Shown: positions 1 to 13,199, counted from the first letter of the stretch. The stretch: 34,130 bases of DNA from Octopus bimaculoides (GCF_001194135.2 NC_069000.1:43212396-43246525); one strand, 5' to 3'. A program made the numbers and translations. Notes: generated from the sequence alone by a model not told the origin.

Positions 1-90
1 GAAGAAGAAGAAGAAGAAGAAGAAGAAGAAGAAGAAGAAGAAGAAGAAGAAGAAGAAGAAGAAGAAGAAGAAGAAGAAGAAGAAGAAGAA
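1..90. repeat. (GAA)n microsatellite
   Basis: Perfect GAA repeat x30 from the window start. Confidence 0.99.
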
Positions 91-129
91 TTAGTGAAGT
101 GATTATAGTTGCAGATGGTATTCAGATAA

Positions 130-147
130 TTAGGGTTAGGGTTAGGG
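130..147 (+). repeat. Interstitial telomere-type repeat (TTAGGG)3
   Basis: TTAGGG TTAGGG TTAGGG read directly; flanks are not telomeric. Confidence 0.85.
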
Positions 148-566
148 TTGACTGAACGGGTAAGATCTTTTCACAATATTGAAATAGCGAGTTCGCTCCT
201 AGGGTGTGGCATCTTCAAATCATTTACCGAAGAAATCGAGTGGACAACCAAGCCCTAAATGGAAACCCAACGGATCGAATCTACTTATAAATTCGTAAAG
301 CCCAACATAATCTCACGGTGTCACTCCAGTTCCGGTTAAATGGTAACCTAGCTTTATATGTGCTCTACGGAATACTGGGTCCTTTACACACATGCTCAAC
401 GGACAGATATGTGATTTGGTCAACATATCTGTACAGCGATCGTCGAAATCGACAGAGAACCATTGGTGTGCTAATAGTTACTGGTGTAATTTTTGATTTA
501 TCGTTGTCCGTTGTACTTAGCTATGCGGTTGTGATTCGCTCACGTTGTTCATACATTAACAACAAC

Positions 567-597
<31 letters not shown>

Positions 598-774
598 GCC
601 ACCATTGTTGTTGTTGTTGTAGTTGTAAAGAATAAATCCAATTTAAAGTATTACAGATACAGGAAATGAAAAGANNNNNNNNNNNNNNNNNNNNNNNNNN
701 NNNNNNNNNNNNNNNNNNNNNNNNNNNNNNNNNNNNNNNNNNNNNNNNNNNNNNNNNNNNNNNNNNNNNNNNNN

Positions 775-868
775 GTTGGTGGTGGTGATGGCGCTGTTGT
801 AGGTGTTGGTGGTGGTAGTGCTGCTGCTGCTAGCAGTATTAGCAGCAACAGTAGTAGTAGTAGTAGTT

Positions 869-923
<55 letters not shown>
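775..923. repeat. Compound trinucleotide microsatellite (GGT/GCT/AGT)n
   Basis: Degenerate GGT/GCT triplets grading into a long (AGT)n; explains the poly-Leu ORF at 651-950. Confidence 0.95.
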
Positions 924-925
<2 letters not shown>

Positions 926-1392
926 AAATCGTGAAGACTAAATTACACATTAAGTCATTTACGTTTATCTTTGCAGAACAGATTTTTCATTTGTTCTTTG
1001 TTTTCTTTTGTGATAAAACTACAAACTCTTTTAAGTTAAAATTCAATAAACATCAATATACCTTCAGAAAAACTGAAGATCACTAAACGCAAGATTCTCA
1101 GTGTATACAGTTCATCTTTTTTTATGAAATGATAAATATAAGAGATTTTAAATATATTTGGAAGTTATTGGTGTCTTTTATCTAAAAGTAATATACTTTT
1201 GATTATTGCAAGCATTTTGCAGTTGCTATGGTGACTGCTTTCGCTTCGAGCAAAGTTAGTGCTGGCAGTGTGAACACAACCGCTGTTTTATTCACATATT
1301 ATCTACCTACTGTGTAGTGACAATTTCCTCATTGTCTCAGTTCATATGTATGTATGTAAGTATGTATGTATGTATGTATGTATGTATGCATG

Positions 1393-1441
<49 letters not shown>

Positions 1442-1885
1442 NNNNNNNNNNNNNNNNNNNNNNNNNNNNNNNNNNNNNNNNNNNNNNNNNNNNNNNNNNN
1501 NNNNNNNNNNNNNNNNNNNNNNNNNNNNNNNNNNNNNNNNNNNNNNNNNNNNNNNNNNNNNNNNNNNNNNNNNNNNNNNNNNNNNNNNNNNNNNNNNNNN
1601 NNNNNNNNNNNNNNNNNNNNNNNNNNNNNNNNNNNNNNNNNNNNNNNNNNNNNNNNNNNNNNNNNNNNNNNNNNNNNNNNNNNNNNNNNNNNNNNNNNNN
1701 NNNNNNNNNNNNNNNNNNNNNNNNNNNNNNNNNNNNNNNNNNNNNNNNNNNNNNNNNNNNNNNNNNNNNNNNNNNNNNNNNNNNNNNNNNNNNNNNNNNN
1801 NNNNNNNNNNNNNNNNNNNNNNNNNNNNNNNNNNNNNNNNNNNNNNNNNNNNNNNNNNNNNNNNNNNNNNNNNNNNNNNNNNNNN

Positions 1886-1914
<29 letters not shown>

Positions 1915-1917
<3 letters not shown>

Positions 1918-1977
1918 CCACAAAATCCAGGCCTCGTGCCTATAGTAGAAAGGATTATCATTATTATTATTATTATT
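1915..1977 (+). mobile_element. SINE family A, 3' tail with (ATT)n end
   Basis: caggcctcgtgcctatagtagaaaggattatcattatt matches the tail of the family A copy at 28574-28786 (caggccttgtgcctatgc) and the reversed tails at 23905 and 32124. Confidence 0.8.
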
Positions 1978-3610
1978 AAAATTAAAGGAAGAGTGTCATT
2001 TGCTATCTCGTGAACAATATTTCGACATCTTGCGTGTCTTCCACTGGTTCAAAAAATAAATTTGTCAATCTACTTCATTTTGGTTAATATAGAAAGGATT
2101 GAGGTAACTCCTCCTGAAGATATAGAGTCAAAATTAAAAGAACACTCTATATCACAGTCATTAATTACAGAAATAAATTGCTCTGCAATGCATCTATGTG
2201 CCTTATAGTGCTTCAGTTTATTGTTAATTTTTTTGTGCAATTTTTATCGATTTCTGTGTAACCTGCAGCAACCTCCGTGTGCAAAATATTGAATGCGGGT
2301 GGAGTAAGCGTTTCCGAATTGATATAGAAATAATTTACTATAAATAGAGAATTCGTGTAAAAAGAACATTAAATATGCAATAATTAATAAAGACAAACAT
2401 ATATTTTTATTCCGTAATCAATGTGATTGATCAGTAATTATCGAAAAACATGCAAAGTACACTGAATTTCCGAACGTCAGTCGTTTTGGAGATAGCTGAG
2501 TGATGGGTGTGTGTGTGTAGAAGAACTAAAACTGGAGCCTAAATCCCTTGTGAAATGAAGGGTACTTTAATGTTTCGGTTATGGAATTGATACGCTACAT
2601 GTAATTTTGCCCTGAAACCTCAGTACAAACACACACACGCAAACAAGCACGCACACACACAGCAACCCGCACACAGGCATACACACAGACACACACAATG
2701 CCTCATATTCTCATACAGACGCAATTCGTAAACAGAGATAAAACAAAATACGAAATATTTTGGCCATCTTGTGTAACATTTTTTTTTTGTTGTTGTCCAT
2801 TGCGTTTCCGCCGTTGGTTCTTTAAAAACAAATCAATTGTGTAACATCTGATCAATCAAGACCCAATGATCATTGATTAGGTGTTGCTTTTTATTGTTTG
2901 ATTTCTGTTTAATATAAGACTAGAGAGAGAGAGAGAAATTTCAGCAATAACCTACACGCATTAGATCTGTACCNNNNNNNNNNNNNNNNNNNNNNNNNNN
3001 NNNNNNNNNNNNNNNNNNNNNNNNNNNNNNNNNNNNNNNNNNNNNNNNNNNNNNNNNNNNNNNNNNNNNNNNNNNNNNNNNNNNNNNNNNNNNNNNNNNN
3101 NNNNNNNNNNNNNNNNNNNNNNNNNNNNNNNNNNNNNNNNNNNNNNNNNNNNNNNNNNNNNNNNNNNNNNNNNNNNNNNNNNNNNNNNNNNNNNNNNNNN
3201 NNNNNNNNNNNNNNNNNNNNNNNNNNNNNNNNNNNNNNNNNNNNNNNNNNNNNNNNNNNNNNNNNNNNNNNNNNNNNNNNNNNNNNNNNNNNNNNNNNNN
3301 NNNNNNNNNNNNNNNNNNNNNNNNNNNNNNNNNNNNNNNNNNNNNNNNNNNNNNNNNNNNNNNNNNNNTATATATATATATATATATATACATACATACA
3401 TATGCATTCATACACACGTACATACATATGTATGAATGTATGTTTATGTATGTATATATATATCTATGTATATGTATGTATGTATATTCACTCGACTTAA
3501 AACCTTTCTATTTAAGTTGTTGACAAGTCTGTCGGCGTTTGTCATACTCTATTAACGAGTAGACAATCATTAATCGTGTGTGTGTGTGTGTGTGTTACTT
3601 GTTCTGAATC

Positions 3611-3832
3611 ATGGCTCACCTCCTGCGCACGCGACGCTCAACCAATGATGAAATGGAAGCTTCGAATTATAAGAATGGTATCAGCGTGGGATCAAAGAAC
3701 TGGCAGAAAAGTGGCTACAGACGCTGCAACACGATGGTCTCTATTTTGAATGCTAGGCTGCTTTTCTTCTATCTTGTCGAATGAAACAATTAAGTTGCGA
3801 AAATATTGCAAAGCTTTTGACGCAACATGATA
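3611..3832 (+). mobile_element. Mariner transposase C-terminal remnant with right-hand TIR-like end
   Basis: 3673-3756 translates EWYQRGIKELAEKWLQTLQHDGLYFEC*, the typical mariner C-terminus (F/W-Y-x-x-G-I-x-x-L-x-x-R/K-W...D-G-x-Y-F-E). The frameshifted upstream MAHLLRTRRSTNDEME also fits. It ends in gcaaagcttttgacgcaacatgaTA, resembling a decayed mariner TIR plus TA. Confidence 0.8.
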
Positions 3833-4610
3833 TTTAACACTCTTGGAACTTCGGTAATTCAATACTTTTTCAAAGATATTAGAGGCAAGATATATTCCAT
3901 TGTGAGCGAGAGATGATTTTAGTGAAATACACAAACTCTTTAACAGATTCAGATTTATACTTCACCCGTATATCACTTATATTACGTGTTGAGGTTATCT
4001 CTACAGATTTTCTTTAGAAATTATAATCAGTACTGATCTTTGTTACATTTCGTATCCGAAACAGATGTAAAGAAACAATAAGATCGAAGAGGAAAAAATG
4101 GATAATGGGTGTACATGCCGTATTTCCGGGCGTGGGATGAGCTTCTCCTTCATCAGCATGCAAATAACTCATTCACCATCCATGAACTCATTGCTTAAAC
4201 GACCACTATATACCAATTTACATATTGGTATATCCAATAACGTTACACCATTATCCATCCTTCCATCTTCGATCTCATCTGACATCTTGGATATGAAACG
4301 TCGTAGCACAAATCAGACCTGTCATTTCTCAAGAAAATATGTAGAGATGACTTTAACAAGTGGTGTAATAGCACTGCTAACACAGTAGAACACACAGTAT
4401 TGACTAATTAAAAGCGTTTAACATACTCTGTAGCATGTTATGGTTGCATAACGAAATACTGTGTGCCTACAAGTCATTAACACTTGTATTACATTTCTGC
4501 TATCTAAATACAAACTCAATTTCTTTTCATTTGATTATGTTCTGTTTTTTCTAGCGAATCCTCATTTGTCTTCATTTTTTTTTTTGTTTTTTTGATATTC
4601 AAGATATATA

Positions 4611-4750
4611 TGGTGGCGAACTGGTTGAGGTCATGTAACGACGAACGGTTTGCTTCTGCACTATTCACTGCCGCCCTCTGCACTTGAGTTCAAATGCCAC
4701 CGAGGAAGATTGTGCTTTTCATCGAACCGGAAATCAATAAATACAATACC
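4611..4750 (+). mobile_element. SINE family A, degraded
   Basis: ggtggcgaactgg head and gagttcaaatgccaccgagg B-box region, matching the other family A copies in the window. Confidence 0.65.
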
Positions 4751-5276
4751 CGTCCTTTACTGATGCAGATTTCTCTCTTTTATTCTCTTGTTCTTCCTGT
4801 CTGTCTTTCACCCCCCCCTCTCTCTCTTTCTCTATTTCTCTCTCCTCTTTCCTTCTCTCTCCCTCTTTCTTTCTGAAATAAATCGAACGTGAAAGAGATG
4901 TGCTCCGCTCGGTCTAAAACTATGTAGGAAATACTGCACGCCAAGGCCACGCCCCTACTTCTCCACAAGACGTTGTAAGGCCAAAGCAAATGCGAAACAG
5001 TGGATATTGAATGTCAGATATATTTCTAGAGCAAAGTAAAAGTTAATGCGTAGTAAAAAAACAACAAAAAATGACAACAGCAAAAACAAAACAACCAGAA
5101 TTTTAATATAACAATTGCACGCACGTTTAGCAGCAAAAAGTTCACACCTAGTGCAATTGATGGCTGGACTTGAAACGCTTCTAACGATCGCTGCATTCTG
5201 TTCATTAAGATATAAATTGCATTGAACAATACATGCTGCTTTCTACTCAGGGCAAATCGATCAGATACGCATACGT

Positions 5277-5399
5277 ATACATTCATATATACATACATAT
5301 ACATACATATGCATACATACACACATATATACATGCATATATATGTACATGCACATACATGCATTAATATATACATATATATACGCATGCATATACATG

Positions 5400-5437
<38 letters not shown>

Positions 5438-5560
5438 CATATATATATATATATAACATATATATATATATATATATATAACATATATATATATGTATGT
5501 GAATGTATATATGTATGTATGTGAGTATGTATTTATCTAATTGTGTGTATATGTATGTAA
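5277..5560. repeat. Compound (TA)/(CA)/(TATG) microsatellite
   Basis: Low-complexity dinucleotide and tetranucleotide mosaic. Confidence 0.9.
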
Positions 5561-5708
5561 TTATGTGCGTAAGGGCGTACTATCTCACACAGGCGCGAGA
5601 ACGTGTCTGAAGACAATGAAATAAAATATGGTGAATGTCTTCTCTGACTGACAGCGAATTATTACACACGCTAACGAGATTGCAGCGGAGAGGTAAATAA
5701 TGAAAGCA

Positions 5709-5760
<52 letters not shown>

Positions 5761-5965
5761 CTTATGTATGTACTTATAAACATAGACATATATGCATATA
5801 TACAGCTATCTGTACTTTCAGAGGGTATACGTAAACACATATCCACATACGTGAACACAGTCATACATACATGTACTTCTCTGACAGTGTCCATTTTACG
5901 TCAGCTCATGATAAGATAAATATAGACGAATATTCTTCTACGCGCATGCGCTTGTGTGTGCATGT

Positions 5966-6006
<41 letters not shown>

Positions 6007-6142
6007 TTTGTGTGTGTATTTTCAGCTCTTAGCGAAAATACCTGTACTCAGGTGCGAATACGAATGACGGTATTACGCTGACATTCGTTCAAAGATGCGC
6101 ATACACACACATACTCATACATATTTATATTAGCATGTATAA

Positions 6143-6179
<37 letters not shown>

Positions 6180-6227
6180 AGAGTAAGATATCGGGTAGAT
6201 ATAACTGTGTATATGTATATACTTATT

Positions 6228-6258
<31 letters not shown>

Positions 6259-6871
6259 GCATGTGTGTGTGTGTGTGTGTGCGGAGCAAATAGTTCACCA
6301 AAAGATAATTTGCGAAGGAAATATTGACTCTGATATTATGTAGTGTTACAAGTTAAAGATGATGATCACAGAACCAATAACGTAGGCGATGGTAGGTCCC
6401 CAAAAAGTATTAAGGAACGGAAGGAATAAAATTAACCAAAGGACACACGAGGTATGTCTACCTGCTGGAAATAACAGTCAAAATTCATATTTAAATCGCC
6501 AAAATACACTGAAAATAACTACAGAATTCAACCGTCCAAAGGCAAACAGTCTAAGAGAATCTCCGAAATATATATATATATATATATATATCTGTGTGTG
6601 CGTGTGTGTGATTGTACCTATTTTACGGAGTTTGTGCCTATATGTATATATATATATATATATANNNNNNNNNNNNNNNNNNNNNNNNNNNNNNNNNNNN
6701 NNNNNNNNNNNNNNNNNNNNNNNNNNNNNNNNNNNNNNNNNNNNNNNNNNNNNNNNNNNNNNNNNNNNNNNNNNNNNNNNNNNNNNNNNNNNNNNNNNNN
6801 NNNNNNNNNNNNNNNNNNNNNNNNNNNNNNNNNNNNNNNNNNNNNNNNNNNNNNNNNNNNNNNNATGTATT

Positions 6872-6909
<38 letters not shown>

Positions 6910-7949
6910 TATATATACGTATATATATATATATATATAAGTATAAGTATATGTATATATATATGTATATATATATTTATATATATATATATGTATATAC
7001 ATAAATAAATAAATATATATATATATAAATGTATATATATAAATATATATATGCATGTATGCATATATAACGATGCATCTATATAAGCTTCCGCATAGAA
7101 TTTTGCTGCCAAGAGTATTACGATCTTGTATTAAATCTACGGCCAATTTGGATGGCATATATTCAGATTAGCAGATAGTGCCGGACACATTGCTATTTTT
7201 CATTTCCAACTTTCGCGATACTTAACGGAAACCATCTTTTATTTTAATTACATTCCTGGCACCAGGTGGCGTGGCACTGACCAACGTCTGATATCCAATC
7301 CATCCGTCTTGTAGATTTAGCTAAAATATCTTGTCGGCTTGCCTGATATCCTATTCCTGCCGGGTTCCGTTAATATCGCTCTTTCCTTGCTTCATTTTTC
7401 ACAATTATACTGTGTAACGTTGAGAAATGATGTCTAGACTTTGGATGATCGATAATCCGGAGGCTAAATCCCACACGACACCCACACTCTAGTATTAATT
7501 ATAGAACGCATGTATGTCTGTATGTTCTTATGTTGTGGTGTATAATTAAGTTGTAGGAACATTCATTCGGTTACACTTCAATTTCCAGTATCCCTTGTCA
7601 CTAATTTAAAATATTAATGTTTCTTGAACAGAAATGAATGGATAGATGTGGCTGTTGTTGTTGTTGTTATTACTGTTGTTGATGGTGTTGTAGGATTGAG
7701 ACGATATGGCGCAGGTGTTTGGGCGTTCATAATTTGTTATGGCTGTATGGGCATTCAGCCTGTTTGGGCGATAGGAAAGCACACATATACGCACTATGAC
7801 ACACATTCACATACACACATGGACACACACACGCGCACGCACACGCATGCACGTGCACATATATATACATATAGATAGATAGTGTAAGAGTTAGAGCGAG
7901 GAAATGGAATACATTATGATTTATTAACAGGACACAGTATTAACAGGAC

Positions 7950-8080
7950 ACGGTATTTCGTCTGTCTTTACGTCCTGGGTTCGAATTCCGCCAAGGTCCA
8001 CTTTGCCTTTCATCCTTTCCGGGTCGATAAATTAAGTACCAGTTGCACACTGGAGTCGAGCTAATCGACTTGCCCCACAC
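7950..8080 (+). mobile_element. tRNA-derived SINE family A, 5'-truncated
   Basis: Perfect Pol III B box GGTTCGAATTCC (7978-7989), then cgccaaggtccactttgcctttcatcctttccgggtcgataaattaagtaccagttg, shared with the copies at 22100, 23515, 28341, 28574 and 30230. Confidence 0.9.
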
Positions 8081-8434
8081 ATTGTTGTTGTTATTGCTGT
8101 TGTTCTTTCTTCTTGTTAATAATAATGCCATTCTTTCTCGAGTACTAAATTCTCTGGATTCCAATATATGTAATATTAAGAAATAAAAGAAAAACAATAA
8201 ATGATCTCTGAATTCCCACTTATTGATGGAATATGAATAAATTTCTTTTGTATTTTTTTTACTGAAGCATGGAGTAGAAAAAAGTATGTCGTTACAAATA
8301 AGAGATTCCATCCAACAGTGACAGAATATGAAGAATGGTAAGAACTGTCAAGCGTCGGAATGATCTTCGAAGGAAATGAATATCAACTACTTACAACACA
8401 CACACACACACATACACAGACACACACTAAACAC

Positions 8435-8471
<37 letters not shown>

Positions 8472-9025
8472 NNNNNNNNNNNNNNNNNNNNNNNNNNNNN
8501 NNNNNNNNNNNNNNNNNNNNNNNNNNNNNNNNNNNNNNNNNNNNNNNNNNNNNNNNNNNNNNNNNNNNNNNNNNNNNNNNNNNNNNNNNNNNNNNNNNNN
8601 NNNNNNNNNNNNNNNNNNNNNNNNNNNNNNNNNNNNNNNNNNNNNNNNNNNNNNNNNNNNNNNNNNNNNNNNNNNNNNNNNNNNNNNNNNNNNNNNNNNN
8701 NNNNNNNNNNNNNNNNNNNNNNNNNNNNNNNNNNNNNNNNNNNNNNNNNNNNNNNNNNNNNNNNNNNNNNNNNNNNNNNNNNNNNNNNNNNNNNNNNNNN
8801 NNNNNNNNNNNNNNNNNNNNNNNNNNNNNNNNNNNNNNNNNNNNNNNNNNNNNNNNNNNNNNNNNNNNNNNNNNNNNNNNNNNNNNNNNNNNNNNNNNNN
8901 NNNNNNNNNNNNNNNNNNNNNNNNNNNNNNNNNNNNNNNNNNNNNNNNNNNNNNNNNNNNNNNNNNNNNNNNNNNNNNNNNNNNNNNNNNNNNNNNNNNN
9001 NNNNNNNNNNNNNNNNNNNNNNNNN

Positions 9026-9064
<39 letters not shown>

Positions 9065-9555
9065 GTGTAGTATATTATATGCATATATGTACATATAGAT
9101 AGATAGACAGATAGATAGATAGATAGATAGATATTCCTTCTGAAGAATTGGTGCAAATGAATTTACAGAATATTAATGGATCCGACGTCAGTTTGGGACA
9201 CTGAGTGCTTGAACAATTCCAACAATGGAGGTACTTCATCGTCGATTTTGCTGGAATAATTCCACAGAATAATTGTAATGGAAATATTCCGGTAAAATTA
9301 GTATGACACTGTGTGGTATAATTGGTTCTTTGGTTATTTGATCTTTGGGTTCATTTCACGTACACTGGAAACGAAACGTAATATAAGAAACTGTATGTAA
9401 TACGTGTGTATGCGTGTGTCTGTGTGTGTCTGTGTGTGTCTGGGAGTATGTGTGTGCGTGTTTGTTTGGAAATGTGATGTGTGTGGTGAGGTTTGAGCAT
9501 GCTTGTAATTGTACTATGTCTGTGCAGAAAGAATGGGAGTGAGGTGCGAGCAGCC

Positions 9556-9591
<36 letters not shown>

Positions 9592-9809
9592 GTGTGTGTG
9601 TGTCTGTGTGCGAACAGTGAAAGGCAACAAGAACGTTGATGGTGTGATACAGAATTATGCTACGGTACGAGTGTATGACACAGACACACACACACATATA
9701 TACACACAATTCACACTTACACACATGCGTACACGCATATGTATATACATATGGGTGTGTGTGTATATACAAATACATGTATATGTATATATACATGTGT
9801 ATGTATATG

Positions 9810-9842
<33 letters not shown>

Positions 9843-9859
9843 CTGCATATATATATGTA

Positions 9860-9898
<39 letters not shown>

Positions 9899-10997
9899 NN
9901 NNNNNNNNNNNNNNNNNNNNNNNNNNNNNNNNNNNNNNNNNNNNNNNNNNNNNNNNNNNNNNNNNNNNNNNNNNNNNNNNNNNNNNNNNNNNNNNNNNNN
10001 NNNNNNNNNNNNNNNNNNNNNNNNNNNNNNNNNNNNNNNNNNNNNNNNNNNNNNNNNNNNNNNNNNNNNNNNNNNNNNNNNNNNNNNNNNNNNNNNNNNN
10101 NNNNNNNNNNNNNNNNNNNNNNNNNNNNNNNNNNNNNNNNNNNNNNNNNNNNNNNNNNNNNNNNNNNNNNNNNNNNNNNNNNNNNNNNNNNNNNNNNNNN
10201 NNNNNNNNNNNNNNNNNNNNNNNNNNNNNNNNNNNNNNNNNNNNNNNNNNNNNNNNNNNNNNNNNNNNNNNNNNNNNNNNNNNNNNNNNNNNNNNNNNNN
10301 NNNNNNNNNNNNNNNNNNNNNNNNNNNNNNNNNNNNNNNNNNNNNNNNNNNNNNNNNNNNNNNNNNNNNNNNNNNNNNNNNNNNNNNNNNNNNNNNNNNN
10401 NNNNNNNNNNNNNNNNNNNNNNNNNNNNNNNNNNNNNNNNNNNNNNNNNNNNNNNNNNNNNNNNNNNNNNNNNNNNNNNNNNNNNNNNNNNNNNNNNNNN
10501 NNNNNNNNNNNNNNNNNNNNNNNNNNNNNNNNNNNNNNNNNNNNNNNNNNNNNNNNNNNNNNNNNNNNNNNNNNNNNNNNNNNNNNNNNNNNNNNNNNNN
10601 NNNNNNNNNNNNNNNNNNNNNNNNNNNNNNNNNNNNNNNNNNNNNNNNNNNNNNNNATATATATATATATAAAGGAAACAAGAGATCTGGAGTAGAAGTA
10701 AGAGATAGCAAATGTGTTAAATGAGAACGATGAAAGATAAGATAAAAACGAAACGATGAGCCAACGTGAGCGGAGTTAAATGACAAAGAAAGAACGAAAA
10801 CGATAATGAAAACGAAGAATGAGAAAACAAAGATAAATAATAAATGGAAAGGAGAGTGTGAAATGAAAGAAAGAGCGCGGGAAAATGAAAGAAGGAGAGA
10901 AATGGAAAAATGCAGATATACGAAATATAATAGTGAGATTCAGGATGAATAAGACAAATCGAGTTGACAAAACAGATATAAATCAGCAAATGGGGAC

Positions 10998-11036
<39 letters not shown>

Positions 11037-11094
11037 TGGCGATGGGTAGTTGCAGAGAATAAGGTAGAGAAATTAACATACATACATACATACA

Positions 11095-11128
<34 letters not shown>

Positions 11129-11356
11129 CATACATTCATACATAGGTGGTAATTTGGTAAGGATATCAATCAGCGAACTTATACATTACAAACACAATTG
11201 TCATGAGAAAAATTAAGATTACACAAGGCTTTTCTCACGTTCAAAATCTGACATTCAATTTCTCTACATTCCAGCGATGAAGCTTCGTGTCTTTGTTGGA
11301 GACCAGCTCCATTCCTACCGGGAGATTTCACATCATTAAAAACAGAAAGAAACACT

Positions 11357-11357
<1 letters not shown>

Positions 11358-11438
<81 letters not shown>
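11358..11438. repeat. (CA)n microsatellite running into an assembly gap
   Basis: Perfect CA repeat. Confidence 0.98.
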
Positions 11439-11756
11439 NNNNNNNNNNNNNNNNNNNNNNNNNNNNNNNNNNNNNNNNNNNNNNNNNNNNNNNNNNNNNN
11501 NNNNNNNNNNNNNNNNNNNNNNNNNNNNNNNNNNNNNNNNNNNNNNNNNNNNNNNNNNNNNNNNNNNNNNNNNNNNNNNNNNNNNNNNNNNNNNNNNNNN
11601 NNNNNNNNNNNNNNNNNNNNNNNNNNNNNNNNNNNNNNNNNNNNNNNNNNNNNNNNNNNNNNNNNNNNNNNNNNNNNNNNNNNNNNNNNNNNNNNNNNNN
11701 NNNNNNNNNNNNNNNNNNNNNNNNNNNNNNNNNNNNNNNNNNNNNNNNNNNNNNNN

Positions 11757-11807
<51 letters not shown>

Positions 11808-12669
11808 TACATATTCAGTTGCATACATACATATTCACATGTTATATGCTACACACACAACACAGTTCCATTGTACCATCAGCTCTTAGCGTACTCATTA
11901 GTCACCGTTAAATAACGTCTTATGAAGATTAAATGTCGTGACGTCAGACACTTTAAAACTGAACAAATACAGCTAGTTAGACTTCCGGCAAGACCTCCAT
12001 TTCTCTCTCTCGTGCTCTCTCTCTCTCTTTCTCTCACTCCCCTCCTCTCCCCTTCTCTCTCTCGCACTCTCTCCACCTGTCTCTCTATCTCTTTCTATTA
12101 TCTCACATATTTCACCCACTCTGTCATATATAAAATCAAATTATATATGTGTTTATTTTATATATCTCTCTTCCTCTCTCTCTTTCTCTGTCTGTTTCCC
12201 TCTCTCTCTATCTTTTCCTCTCTCTTTCTCTGCTTGTCTCTATCATCTGACGACATCCTCGAGTGTTGTTTTCCAGTGAAGGTTATAACATTCTATCAAA
12301 ACATTAAACTGAATGAGAAATCAATCAAATCACCGCTCCTCCGCCCATCCTTTAAATTCTTGATTAATTGAAAGACAAATATGTCCAGTATATTCCATTA
12401 CAGATAATTGTAGTTAAGGGCGTTAACCTTGCAAATTATTCCAGTGAATAAGTCTTCGAATATGAACCAAAATATCAAAGTAATGGAATTATATCTTCCT
12501 AAACAACACAACATTCAAGTTCAAAAGTCAGATTGAAGTAAGTTAAAAGACTATAATTAATGATAAGCTATTTCATATAATTATATAGAATTATCGTCAT
12601 TTAATAATTAAATTTATTATAGTCTTTCTACGGTTGAATCTCGGTTTTCGGCGAAGCACATTCAACAGC

Positions 12670-13170
12670 GTGTTAATGTTTTCCATCAATAAAACATTTG
12701 ACTCATTAAATTAATTTTGTATGTGGTTGAATATCTCGCAGACAAGTGCAATCTTCGGTCTTTTACTTGTTTCATTCATTAGACTGTGGTCATGCTTGGG
12801 AACCATCCTGAAGAGTTTTTAGCAGAACTAATTGATCCCCAATTGTCCAGGAGGTGGAGTGGCGGACAAACAAAGACACAAGGACACAGACACGTGCATA
12901 CGCTCCACCCCGATAGGCTTCTTATAGTTTCCGTTTACCGAATTCATTGACAAGGCTTGGGTAACTTGATGCGATAGAAGAAGGCATTTGCCCGAGTTGC
13001 CACGTAGTGGGACTGAACGCAGAACCTTGTGGTTGGGCAACAAAATTCTTACCACGTGTTCACGCTTGCGCCTGCGTTAAATTATCGTGCAAGTGGCTGA
13101 ATATCTCACAGACAAGCTTTCTCTAAAATCTAATTTTCAGTCGTAATACAACATGTGACAAGGCTAAACA
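12670..13170 (-). mobile_element. Old SINE family C fragment, interrupted by a family B SINE
   Basis: 12670-12746 and 13077-13170 align colinearly with the family C copy at 21650-21790 (aaattatcgtgcaagtggctgaatatctcacagac and tgtgacaaggct). Confidence 0.6.
12747..13076 (-). mobile_element. tRNA-derived SINE family B, near full length
   Basis: Minus strand begins gcaggcgcaagcgtgaacacgtggtaag...gcgttcagtcccactacgtggcaactcgggcaaatgccttc, matching the + copy at 26670. Its tail (ttttacttgtttcattcattagactgtggtcatgc on +) matches the fragment at 14305. Confidence 0.85.
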
Positions 13171-13199
13171 TTTTAAGTGTGGGTAGAATACACCCGATG

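Noticed and set aside
3692-3934. 80-aa minus-strand ORF MCISLKSS...
   Set aside because: It overlaps the antisense of the mariner C-terminus on +, which explains much of the region.
4120-4165. Hammerhead-like CUGAUGA...GGAAA on the minus strand with a possible GCAUG/CAUGU stem I
   Set aside because: No stem II directly closing onto GAAA and no UH cleavage triplet (GAAA-UACGG).
4945-4955. GGCCACGCCCC Sp/KLF-type GC box as a promoter
   Set aside because: Single short motif with no supported downstream exon.
11278-11340. Acceptor-like aatttctctacattccAG followed by MKLRVFVGDQLHSYREISHH*
   Set aside because: Short, no donor, no homology; such sites are common in AT-rich DNA.
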